From: Eledone cirrhosa
Taxonomy: Eukaryota
Direction: 5' to 3'
Length of the DNA: 64,000 nt
NCBI GenBank assembly: GCA_964016885.1
Contig: OZ024742.1
Coordinates: forward strand, 316,820,001-316,884,000
In this document: positions 10,901 to 20,096 of the stretch, piece by piece
How the letters are laid out: every line of letters starts with the position of its first letter
How positions within the stretch are numbered: the first letter of the stretch is position 1
Notes under the pieces: model-generated
Seen by the model: only the letters and a program-made list of their open reading frames with translations
The model's database searches: none
Told to the model about the DNA's origin: nothing
Position numbers and translations under genes: made by a program

Positions 10901-11368
10901 TTGCCAGTTCGGGATAAACTCTACAGGCATGGAGGTGCCGTCAGCCGGGCATGTCCGAGATGCGCGCAGGGCGACGAAACCGTCCTGCACGCACTCGTCC
11001 AGTGTCCGAAAATTGCTGACTTGTGGGTTTATGTCGAACACCTGCTGTCGCGTTTAGGACGGATCCAGCTATCATCTGAGTCTATCGTGAGGATTGCCCC
11101 GCCCTCCTCCTTTAGCCGGGAAGGGCAGGCAGTTTTTATCTGTCTGGTGGCCATGGCAAAAGAGATAGTATGGTGGACACGTTTGAAAGGGCTGAAGACG
11201 AGCACTTACCTCTTCGGTGATGCTCTGATTGACTTTTTCAAATTTCATTTGAAAAGGAAAATCAGAGTAGAGAAGGAAGTGCTCTCTTCCCAGCATTTTG
11301 TTGAAAGATGGGTGAGAGAAGCAAGAATGGCCCGAGTGAATGGGCCGACTCTGAGTATATATCTGTAA
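7949..11368 (+). CDS. LINE ORF2 APE-RT, intact, 1139 aa
   Basis: Same motifs as copy 1. Confidence 0.97.
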   Translation: MTSLRIGSINARGLGSSWKEGHLLNDLRSLNIDVVAISETRISEARAFAPIFGGYDVYASPSRPGSGGGVAVLFRRGLDLAIRAIFLDPEGKLVVLDVTSGDGQAFRLVAVYAPTGAGRPDFFRRLETFLGTSRSLVLVGDWNGILDARWDCVGLADRGGGCKSLTNLLRRFELSDRYRLDFPNVPMWTWTNRIGSSRSYLDRVFCREIDRSSIGCPQFKIVSYTDHKFVTCVLDLDRLHRRGPGYWKLNASLPARKAYRDRISELVKRALTGAIVNNKWWFALKRAIRIESIRFSKALAIEKNRAEGELVRKLDEALSKGIATDVLAAKLALDQFFNAKHEGCVVRARVRALRHEGTKAVQWARVAEARRGNKATIRSLVDHDGRMLLDPGQMCEAFQRHFAQLFGGSGGPGRGMDFSVYLDGLPRLSATEARCCEKPITAAEVREAMTGCTRGKSPGLDGLPYELYVQMPDLFGGLLADVYCNWQQNGRIPSSVSRGAVALLRKDPNKGDNIDNFRPITLLNTEFKILAKVLAKRLALVVGGLVGEAQTCAIPDRSIHDNLHLMRYIVERVAREPGTGGSLINLDQSKAFDRVDHRYLAAVLRAAGFGPVFRGWIAAMHSDICSVVRVNGHLSEPFNIMRSVRQGCPLSSLLYVLTLEPLLHKLETLRGVPRELGCGRSVSAYADDVTVVVSNAKHIEAIGTTLREYEAVTGAMINQEKSVGLQLGTWRGRSMPSNSVVGRWTDGPVKLLGVWFGPDLQTDKNWDEVTSRVASLTQKWAERKLSLKGRAEVANAYIASVICYRLTVVPCPKPRLTALERLLFRFLWKGRAPMVRRSICCQHPLRGGLGMPWLMMRRHALRLRHLHLFLDGDQVWSPFARRVFPQLVSLTELQSWVKRRPRGSAWRLECLQALTALDQSGNVIGGNSTSAFYRGLVEGKSDDVLGETLGVDENQLANLFGRTFGPGPMDNFQKSLAWQCYRGALPVRDKLYRHGGAVSRACPRCAQGDETVLHALVQCPKIADLWVYVEHLLSRLGRIQLSSESIVRIAPPSSFSREGQAVFICLVAMAKEIVWWTRLKGLKTSTYLFGDALIDFFKFHLKRKIRVEKEVLSSQHFVERWVREARMARVNGPTLSIYL

Positions 11369-11631
11369 ACTAAAGGTGGAAAACTGGGAGAGGGCACTTG
11401 CCTTGGTGGTCAGGGTCATTGTGGCTTTTTACTGGGCTTTCTCCACAAATGTCCCTCCGAAGTCTCCCCCCCCTATTGGGGAATTTTTCATTGTTATTTT
11501 CATTGTTATTTTTGTTACATCCTCTGTTTTTGTTTTTTTTACACGCAGAAATGCCCATTTGTACCGTCCTGCATTGTCCTGCACTGTCCTTAATGTCTAC
11601 TTTATGTAAACCCTTGTGGTTAATAAAGAAA

Positions 11632-11669
<38 letters not shown>

Positions 11670-11884
11670 GAATGCCATGGTTGACGGAGGCTCGGCTCTG
11701 TAAGGTATAGTAATTTTTAACCGTTAAAACAATTGTAAATTGTTTAAAACTTGAACCAAATTGTTGATAAAGACACCCTCCTCCTCGTGAGAGGGGTCTT
11801 TCTGTCCGTTATTTGGCCCTTCGGGGTTAAATAATCAGTTATTGGGGTTTTGTACCCAAAATTTCATTTTAAACAAAAAACAAC

Positions 11885-13981
11885 ATGGCTACGAAAAAGA
11901 AATTTCATACGTCACTCCCACTCATTCCGTCTTCTTCTTCCTCAATCATCACTACAGCAGAGAGAAGATTGTCTCTCTCCCTCCCTTCTTTAAATGTGTC
12001 TCTCTCCCTCCCTTCTCTTTCGCAAGTGACGAAAGAAAAGAAAAGTCTCGTGCAAAGCGTGCAAGGTTTCTCCACGACGACGACGACAGCGACGAAACAG
12101 GTGTGCGGGAAATACGAAAACCCAGTTCATTCGTCTGACGTCAGGAATAATAGCAGTAGCAGCCGTAATAACAACAGCAACAGTGACAATGAAAACAACA
12201 GTAGCAGCCGCAACAGCATCACCAGCAGCATAAACAACAACAGCATTAGCAGCAGCAACACCAACAACAACTACAGCAACAGCGGCGGAGGCAGTAGTCG
12301 TAGTACCTGCAGCAACAACAAAAGTAGCAGCAGCTCTGACGACAACAACAACAGCAGAGAAAAACCAATCTCATTTGCAGGTATTGCGAAAAACTTGGAA
12401 ACAATCCTCATAACAAATGAGGAATTAGAGGAAGCGAAGAAGATGGTGACAAAGAACGGACACCGAGCAATCTGCAAGGCAGCGAAAAATTTTTTCGAAA
12501 CCCAAGAGCACTGTACGGTCACGTACCGTACAGTAAGTACAAAATCCCGTAGGGTGGAAAGAGCCACAGAGGCCCAAATACAAAAAGCCTTGGGGTCTGT
12601 GTGGCAGAGGAAAACGCACATCACCCGAGGCAAAAAATACGCCACCGTAGACGTACTTTTTGCCACACCCCAGGAGGCAAAGGCCCAATCAGTAGTGACC
12701 CTAAGGAGCGAGGAAATGGTGTTGGTGCCCTCCTACTGCGGGCAAAAAATTGTGAGGGTCAAACTGACCCACGTCCCCCCCGGAATGACCCCTTCTTGGC
12801 TGGCCGCGTCTGTCCTCGTCGGAATCGAGGACAAAACAACTGTACTGCAAGTACAGAAAAAAGTAAGAGAAGATTGGGTCGGCTCCTCCATTGAGATGCT
12901 AATCCAAACCAACCAGGAGTGCATCGAAGCTATCCCGGATGTGATAGACTTCGATAACGGCACTCAACTGCCCATAAGTGTTGAGGGCAAACGCCCGAAA
13001 TGCTTTCGCTGTGGATCGAAGACTCACCTCAGGGCCTTCTGCAACGAGAAGACCCTGAGAAAGGAGAAAACCCCCCTCCTTCCGAATCCGGCTCCACGGC
13101 TACCAGCAACAGGACAAGCGGCAACCAGGAACGATAGGTCCGTAGCACCCATACCCACTCCACGGAAATCAAAGACAGCAGCAGCAGTGGAAATATTAAC
13201 AACAACAACAGCAATACCAAATGCAGCTGCAACAGAGACTCCAGTGCAAACATCACCAACAACAACAAGTGAAAGAGTGGAGCTGGTACCCCTCCCCGAC
13301 CTTACAGAATCAGACATGGAGTGTGAGGTGGGAGAGGGATGGCAAAAGGTCGCAAGAAGGCACAAACGCAGAAGCAGCGCATCGTCGCCTTTGAAAAGGG
13401 AGGAAAGAAATGAGAAAAGGGTAAAGTCTACTGCAAAGAGACCCACAGCAGCAACAACACCAACACCATCACCACCCACACTAGCGCCACCATCACCACC
13501 GGCGACAACCCCACCGCCAACAACACCTTCAACACCACCACCACAAGCACCAACATCGCAAACACAACAACAAAACACACACACCCAGCAACAACGACAA
13601 GAAAATAGCAGAACCACACCCCACCCCCAGAAAAACAAATGCACGGCAATAAATACACACAACAAGAAACTAATGACTTACATAATTGAACACACAGACA
13701 TTTCACAACAGGACTACATAATACCAGCACCAATCAAAACGCCAACTAACATAAGACTGCTAAAAATAGCACAGAAACAATACACAAATATTAAAACGAA
13801 ATTCCCCAACGCAGTTGGTGATTTCAGGGACCTAGGAGGAACCATCAATCGAAGAGTATACTCAGACATTCTCTTAGAAGAGCCGACGACCAGCCGAAGG
13901 GACGATTCAACGGTCCCTTCACCAGACGATCAAGTGAAAAGGGATGTAAAAACCATCCCTCCTCTACCAAAAGTACGGTAA
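11885..13981 (+). CDS. LINE ORF1 protein, 698 aa
   Basis: ORF track; CCHC motif. Confidence 0.93.
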   Translation: MATKKKFHTSLPLIPSSSSSIITTAERRLSLSLPSLNVSLSLPSLSQVTKEKKSLVQSVQGFSTTTTTATKQVCGKYENPVHSSDVRNNSSSSRNNNSNSDNENNSSSRNSITSSINNNSISSSNTNNNYSNSGGGSSRSTCSNNKSSSSSDDNNNSREKPISFAGIAKNLETILITNEELEEAKKMVTKNGHRAICKAAKNFFETQEHCTVTYRTVSTKSRRVERATEAQIQKALGSVWQRKTHITRGKKYATVDVLFATPQEAKAQSVVTLRSEEMVLVPSYCGQKIVRVKLTHVPPGMTPSWLAASVLVGIEDKTTVLQVQKKVREDWVGSSIEMLIQTNQECIEAIPDVIDFDNGTQLPISVEGKRPKCFRCGSKTHLRAFCNEKTLRKEKTPLLPNPAPRLPATGQAATRNDRSVAPIPTPRKSKTAAAVEILTTTTAIPNAAATETPVQTSPTTTSERVELVPLPDLTESDMECEVGEGWQKVARRHKRRSSASSPLKREERNEKRVKSTAKRPTAATTPTPSPPTLAPPSPPATTPPPTTPSTPPPQAPTSQTQQQNTHTQQQRQENSRTTPHPQKNKCTAINTHNKKLMTYIIEHTDISQQDYIIPAPIKTPTNIRLLKIAQKQYTNIKTKFPNAVGDFRDLGGTINRRVYSDILLEEPTTSRRDDSTVPSPDDQVKRDVKTIPPLPKVR

Positions 13982-14016
13982 GTGGTCTTTCCCATCTTTT
14001 CCACTCTATTTTAAAC

Positions 14017-17000
14017 ATGACCTCACTCAGAATAGGCAGCATAAATGCGCGTGGCTTGGGGTCGTCATGGAAGCAGGGTCACCTGCTCAACGACCTCAGG
14101 TCACTAAACATAGATGTAGTGGCCATCAGCGAGACCAGAATCTCCGAAGCACGGGCCTTCGCACCGATCTTCGGCGGCTACGATGTGTACGCATCTCCCA
14201 GCCGTCCTGGATCCGGTGGAGGAGTTGCTGTACTTTTTCGGAGAGGTTTGGATCTCGCCATACGGGCCATCTTCCTGGACCCAGAGGGTAAGCTGGTGGT
14301 GCTGGACGTGACCAGCGGAGACGGGCAAGCTTTCAGGCTAGTGGCCGTCTATGCCCCGACAGGAGCAGGGCGGCCTGATTTCTTCCGGCGTCTGGAGACC
14401 TTTCTTGGAACGTCCCGCTCTTTAGTGTTAGTGGGCGACTGGAACGGGATCTTAGATGCACGCTGGGACTGTGTGGGATTAGCGGATAGGGGTGGAGGGT
14501 GCAAGAGCCTCACCAACCTGCTCAGGCGTTTTGAACTGTCTGACAGGTACCGATTGGATTTCCCGAATGTGCCAATGTGGACTTGGACAAACCGCATAGG
14601 GTCATCCAGATCATATCTAGATAGAGTATTTTGTAGGGAAATAGATAGGTCTAGCATAGGCTGTCCACAATTCAAGATAGTCAGCTACACGGACCACAAA
14701 TTCGTGATCTGTGTGCTTGACTTAGATAGGCTTCATAGACGAGGACCCGGCTACTGGAAGCTAAACGCGTCCTTACCAGCGCGCAAGGCCTACAGAGACC
14801 GGATTAGCGAACTAGTTAAGCGGGCGTTGACGGGGGCCATCGTCAACAACAAGTGGTGGTTTGCTCTGAAAAGAGCGATTAGAATAGAATCGATTAGGTT
14901 TAGTAAGGCTTTAGCAATAGAGAAAAATAGAGCAGAGGGAGAACTAGTTAGAAAATTAGACGAGGCGCTTAGCAAAGGCATTGCGACCGACGTGCTTGCG
15001 GCGAAATTGGCCCTTGACCAATTCTTCAATGCAAAGCACGAAGGCTGCGTTGTCAGAGCTAGGGTGCGTGCTCTCAGACACGAGGGGACGAAAGCCGTTC
15101 AATGGGCCCGAGTGGCGGAGGCGCGTCGTGGCAACAAAGCCACGATCCGGTCTTTGGTGGACCACGACGGGCGCATGCTACTCGATCCCGGGCAAATGTG
15201 TGAAGCTTTTCAGCGACACTTCGCTCAGCTGTTCGGGGGCAGCGGTGGGCCGGGTAGAGGGATGGACTTTAGTGTCTACCTCGACGGACTGCCGCGGCTC
15301 TCGGCCACTGAGGCGAAGTGTTGCGAAAAGCCGATAACAGCCGCTGAAGTAAGGGAGGCAATGACTGGCTGCACAAGGGGTAAATCGCCTGGTTTGGATG
15401 GTCTGCCCTATGAACTTTACGTACAGATGCCAGACTTGTTCGGAGGCCTCTTGGCGGACGTCTACTGCAACTGGCAACAGAACGGGAGAATTCCCAGTTC
15501 TGTGAGCCGAGGAGCGGTGGCACTGCTGAGAAAGGATCCGAACAAGGGGGATAACATAGACAATTTCCGGCCCATAACTCTGCTAAACACAAAGTTTAAG
15601 ATTTTGGCCAAGGTGCTAGCAAAGAGGTTGGCGCTTGTCGTTGGTGGTCTGGTGGGAGAGGCGCAGACATGCGCCATTCCCGACAGATCCATCCACGACA
15701 ACCTCCACCTCATGCGATACATCGTAGAGAGGGTAGCTAGGGAACCTGGCACGGGTGGGTCCTTGATCAATTTAGATCAGTCGAAAGCTTTCGATAGGGT
15801 CGACCATCGTTACCTAGCGGCAGTCCTGAGGGCGGCTGGCTTTGGGCCCGTCTTCAGAGGCTGGATCGCTGCCATGCACAGCGACATCTGCTCTGTGGTG
15901 AGAGTGAACGGTCACCTGTCGGAACCGTTCAACATCATGCGCTCGGTCCGCCAAGGATGTCCCCTCTCGTCCCTCTTGTACGTATTGACTCTCGAGCCAT
16001 TACTGCACAAACTGGAGACGTTGAGGGGAGTCCCGCGCGAACTAGGATGCGGAAGATCCGTGTCAGCATATGCCGACGATGTCACCGTAGTGGTGTCGAA
16101 CGCCAAACACATCGAGGCGATCGGCACTACACTAAGAGAATACGAAGCGGTGACAGGAGCAATGATCAACCAGGAAAAGTCAGTGGGCCTGCAGCTCGGC
16201 ACCTGGAGAGGCAGGTCCATGCCGTCCAACAGCGTCGTCGGGCGCTGGACGGACGGACCGGTTAAATTGCTAGGGGTCTGGTTCGGTCCGGACCTCCAGA
16301 CGGACAAAAACTGGGACGAGGTGACGAGCAGGGTGGCTTCTCTCACCCAGAAATGGGCGGAGAGGAAGCTATCCCTGAAAGGTCGAGCGGAGGTGGCTAA
16401 CGCGTACATCGCGTCTGTCATCTGCTACCGCCTAACCGTCGTACCTTGTCCTAAGCCTCGCCTGACTGCGCTGGAGCGTTTGCTCTTTCGCTTTTTGTGG
16501 AAGGGACGTGCTCCGATGGTCAGGCGGTCCATCTGTTGTCAACACCCGCTACGTGGAGGGCTGGGCATGCCGTGGCTGATGATGCGCAGGCACGCGCTCA
16601 GGCTACGACATCTCCACCTCTTCCTCGACGGTGATCAGGTGTGGTCGCCGTTTGCTAGACGCGTTTTTCCCCAGCTCGTTTCCTTGACGGAGCTGCAGTC
16701 CTGGGTCAAGCGAAGACCGAGAGGGAGCGCCTGGAGACTGGAATGTCTTCAGGCGCTCACAGCCCTCGACCAATCGGGCAATGTGATCGGTGGAAACTCC
16801 ACCTCGGCGTTCTATAGAGGATTAGTGGAGGGGAAGAGCGACGACGTACTTGGGGAAACTCTAGGCGTCGACGAAAATCAACTAGCCAATCTCTTCGGAA
16901 GAACTTTCGGGCCAGGGCCTATGGACAACTTCCAGAAATCTCTGGCCTGGCAGTGCTACCGAGGAGCCTTGCCAGTTCGGGATAAACTCTACAGGCATGG

Positions 17001-17436
17001 AGGTGCCGTCAGCCGGGCATGTCCGAGATGCGCGCAGGGCGACGAAACCGTCCTGCACGCACTCGTCCAGTGTCCGAAAATTGCTGACTTGTGGGTTTAT
17101 GTCGAACACCTGCTGTCGCGTTTAGGACGGATCCAGCTATCATCTGAGTCTATCGTGAGGATTGCCCCGCCCTCCTCCTTTAGCCGGGAAGGGCAGGCAG
17201 TTTTTATCTGTCTGGTGGCCATGGCGAAAGAGATAGTATGGTGGACACGTTTGAAAGGGCTGAAGACGAGCACTTACCTCTTCGGTGATGCTCTGATTGA
17301 CTTTTTCAAATTTCATTTGAAAAGGAAAATCAGAGTAGAGAAGGAAGTGCTCTCTTCCCAGCATTTTGTTGAAAGATGGGTGAGAGAAGCAAGAATGGCC
17401 CGAGTGAATGGGCCGACTCTGAGTATATATCTGTAA
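14017..17436 (+). CDS. LINE ORF2 APE-RT, intact, 1139 aa
   Basis: Same motifs; private E>K change (LLNTKFK). Confidence 0.97.
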   Translation: MTSLRIGSINARGLGSSWKQGHLLNDLRSLNIDVVAISETRISEARAFAPIFGGYDVYASPSRPGSGGGVAVLFRRGLDLAIRAIFLDPEGKLVVLDVTSGDGQAFRLVAVYAPTGAGRPDFFRRLETFLGTSRSLVLVGDWNGILDARWDCVGLADRGGGCKSLTNLLRRFELSDRYRLDFPNVPMWTWTNRIGSSRSYLDRVFCREIDRSSIGCPQFKIVSYTDHKFVICVLDLDRLHRRGPGYWKLNASLPARKAYRDRISELVKRALTGAIVNNKWWFALKRAIRIESIRFSKALAIEKNRAEGELVRKLDEALSKGIATDVLAAKLALDQFFNAKHEGCVVRARVRALRHEGTKAVQWARVAEARRGNKATIRSLVDHDGRMLLDPGQMCEAFQRHFAQLFGGSGGPGRGMDFSVYLDGLPRLSATEAKCCEKPITAAEVREAMTGCTRGKSPGLDGLPYELYVQMPDLFGGLLADVYCNWQQNGRIPSSVSRGAVALLRKDPNKGDNIDNFRPITLLNTKFKILAKVLAKRLALVVGGLVGEAQTCAIPDRSIHDNLHLMRYIVERVAREPGTGGSLINLDQSKAFDRVDHRYLAAVLRAAGFGPVFRGWIAAMHSDICSVVRVNGHLSEPFNIMRSVRQGCPLSSLLYVLTLEPLLHKLETLRGVPRELGCGRSVSAYADDVTVVVSNAKHIEAIGTTLREYEAVTGAMINQEKSVGLQLGTWRGRSMPSNSVVGRWTDGPVKLLGVWFGPDLQTDKNWDEVTSRVASLTQKWAERKLSLKGRAEVANAYIASVICYRLTVVPCPKPRLTALERLLFRFLWKGRAPMVRRSICCQHPLRGGLGMPWLMMRRHALRLRHLHLFLDGDQVWSPFARRVFPQLVSLTELQSWVKRRPRGSAWRLECLQALTALDQSGNVIGGNSTSAFYRGLVEGKSDDVLGETLGVDENQLANLFGRTFGPGPMDNFQKSLAWQCYRGALPVRDKLYRHGGAVSRACPRCAQGDETVLHALVQCPKIADLWVYVEHLLSRLGRIQLSSESIVRIAPPSSFSREGQAVFICLVAMAKEIVWWTRLKGLKTSTYLFGDALIDFFKFHLKRKIRVEKEVLSSQHFVERWVREARMARVNGPTLSIYL

Positions 17437-17718
17437 ACTAAAGGTGGAAAACTGGGAGAGGGCACTTGCCTTGGTGGTCAGGGTCATTGTGGCTTTTTAC
17501 TGGGCTTTCTCCACAAATGTCCCTCCGAAGTCTCCCCCCTATTGGGGAATTTTTCATTGTTATTTTCATTGTTATTTTTGTTACATCCTCTGTTTTTGTT
17601 TTTTTACACGCAGAAATGCCCATTTGTACCGTCCTGCATTGTCCTGCACTGTCCTTAATGTCTACTTTATGTAAACCCTTGTGGTTAATAAAGAAATCAT
17701 TATCATTATTGTTGTGCC

Positions 17719-17752
<34 letters not shown>

Positions 17753-17967
17753 GAATGCCATGGTTGACGGAGGCTCGGCTCTGTAAGGTATAGTAATTTT
17801 TAACCGTTAAAACAATTGTAAATTGTTTAAAACTTGAACCAAATTGTTGATAAAGACACCCTCCTCCTCGTGAGAGGGGTCTTTCTGTCCGTTATTTGGC
17901 CCTTCGGGGTTAAATAATCAGTTATTGGGGTTTTGTACCCAAAATTTCATTTTAAACAAAAAACAAC

Positions 17968-20061
17968 ATGGCTACGAAAAAGAAATTTCATACGTCACTC
18001 CCACTCATTCCGTCTTCTTCTTCCTCAATCATCACTACAGCAGAGAGAAGATTGTCTCTCTCCCTCCCTTCTTTAAATGTGTCTCTCTCCCTCCCTTCTC
18101 TTTCGCAAGTGACGAAAGAAAAGAAAAGTCTCGTGCAAAGCGTGCAAGGTTTCTCCACGACGACGACGACAGCGACGAAACAGGTGTGCGGGAAATACGA
18201 AAACCCAGTTCATTCGTCTGACGTCAGGAATAATAGCAGTAGCAGCCGTAATAACAACAGCAACAGTGACAATGAAAACAACAGTAGCAGCCGCAACAGC
18301 ATCACCAGCAGCATAAACAACAACAGCATTAGCAGCAGCAACACCAACAACAACCACAGCAACAGCGGCGGAGGCAGTAGTCGTAGTACCTGCAGCAACA
18401 AAAGTACCAGCAGCTCTGACGACAACAACAACAGCAGAGAAAAACCAATCCCATTTGCAGGTATTGCGAAAAACTTGGAAACAATCCTCATAACAAATGA
18501 GGAATTAGAGGAAGCGAAGAAGATGGTGACAAAGAACGGACACCGAGCAATCTGCAAGGCAGCGAAAAATTTTTTCGAAACCCAAGAGCACTGTACGGTC
18601 ACGTACCGTACAGTAAGTACAAAATCCCGTAGGGTGGAAAGAGCCACAGAGGCCCAAATACAAAAAGCCTTGGGGTCTGTGTGGCAGAGGAAAACGCACA
18701 TCACCCGAGGCAAAAAATACGCCACCGTAGACGTACTTTTTGCCACACCCCAGGAGGCAAAGGCCCAATCAGTAGTGACCCTAAGGAGCGAGGAAATGGT
18801 GTTGGTGCCCTCCTACTGCGGGCAAAAAATTGTGAGGGTCAAACTGACCCACGTCCCCCCCGGAATGACCCCTTCTTGGCTGGCCGCGTCTGTCCTCGTC
18901 GGAATCGAGGACAAAACAACTGTACTGCAAGTACAGAAAAAAGTAAGAGAAGATTGGGTCGGCTCCTCCATTGAGATGCTAATCCAAACCAACCAGGAGT
19001 GCATCGAAGCTATCCCGGATGTGATAGACTTCGATAACGGCACTCAACTGCCCATAAGTGTTGAGGGCAAACGCCCGAAATGCTTTCGCTGTGGATCGAA
19101 GACTCACCTCAGGGCCTTCTGCAACGAGAAGACCCTGAGAAAGGAGAAAACCCCCCTCCTTCCGAATCCGGCTCCACGGCTACCAGCAACAGGACAAGCG
19201 GCAACCAGGAACGATAGGTCCGTGGCACCCATACCCACTCCACGGAAATCAAAGACAGCAGCAGCAGTGGAAATATTAACAACAACAACAGCAATACCAA
19301 ATGCAGCTGCAACAGAGACTCCAGTGCAAACATCACCAACAACAACAAGTGAAAGAGTGGAGCTGGTACCCCTCCCCGACCTTACAGAATCAGACATGGA
19401 GTGTGAGGTGGGAGAGGGATGGCAAAAGGTCGCAAGAAGGCACAAACGCAGAAGCAGCGCATCGTCGCCTTTGAAAAGGGAGGAAAGAAATGAGAAAAGG
19501 GTAAAGTCTACTGCAAAGAGACCCACAGCAGCAACACCACCAACACCATCACCACCCACACCAGCACCACCATCACCACCGGCGACAACCCCACCGCCAA
19601 CAACACCTTCAACACCACCACCACAAGCACCAACATCGCAAACACAACAACAAAACACACACACCCAGCAACAACGACAAGAAAATAGCAGAACCACACC
19701 CCACCCCCAGAAAAACAAATGCACGGCAATAAATACACACAACAAGAAACTAATGACTTACATAATTGAACACACAGACATTTCACAACAGGACTACATA
19801 ATACCAGCACCAATCAAAACGCCAACTAACATAAGACTGCTAAAAATAGCACAGAAACAATACACAAATATTAAAACGAAATTCCCCAACGCAGTTGGTG
19901 ATTTCAGGGACCTAGGAGGAACCATCAATCGAAGAGTATACTCAGACATTCTCTTAGAAGAGCCGACGACCAGCCGAAGGGACGATTCAACGGTCCCTTC
20001 ACCAGACGATCAAGTGAAAAGGGATGTAAAAACCATCCCTCCTCTACCAAAAGTACGGTAA
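17968..20061 (+). CDS. LINE ORF1 protein, 697 aa
   Basis: ORF track; CCHC motif. Confidence 0.93.
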   Translation: MATKKKFHTSLPLIPSSSSSIITTAERRLSLSLPSLNVSLSLPSLSQVTKEKKSLVQSVQGFSTTTTTATKQVCGKYENPVHSSDVRNNSSSSRNNNSNSDNENNSSSRNSITSSINNNSISSSNTNNNHSNSGGGSSRSTCSNKSTSSSDDNNNSREKPIPFAGIAKNLETILITNEELEEAKKMVTKNGHRAICKAAKNFFETQEHCTVTYRTVSTKSRRVERATEAQIQKALGSVWQRKTHITRGKKYATVDVLFATPQEAKAQSVVTLRSEEMVLVPSYCGQKIVRVKLTHVPPGMTPSWLAASVLVGIEDKTTVLQVQKKVREDWVGSSIEMLIQTNQECIEAIPDVIDFDNGTQLPISVEGKRPKCFRCGSKTHLRAFCNEKTLRKEKTPLLPNPAPRLPATGQAATRNDRSVAPIPTPRKSKTAAAVEILTTTTAIPNAAATETPVQTSPTTTSERVELVPLPDLTESDMECEVGEGWQKVARRHKRRSSASSPLKREERNEKRVKSTAKRPTAATPPTPSPPTPAPPSPPATTPPPTTPSTPPPQAPTSQTQQQNTHTQQQRQENSRTTPHPQKNKCTAINTHNKKLMTYIIEHTDISQQDYIIPAPIKTPTNIRLLKIAQKQYTNIKTKFPNAVGDFRDLGGTINRRVYSDILLEEPTTSRRDDSTVPSPDDQVKRDVKTIPPLPKVR

Positions 20062-20096
20062 GTGGTCTTTCCCATCTTTTCCACTCTATTTTAAAC

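Larger units (their letters stand above)
5605..11669 (+). mobile_element. Tx1-like LINE copy 2, full length, (ATT)12 tail
   Basis: 215-nt 5'UTR, ORF1, 35-nt spacer, ORF2, 3'UTR, tail at 11634-11669. Confidence 0.96.
11670..17752 (+). mobile_element. Tx1-like LINE copy 3, full length, interrupted ATT tail
   Basis: Tail reads ATT ATC ATT ATT GTTGTGCCT (ATT)11. Confidence 0.96.
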
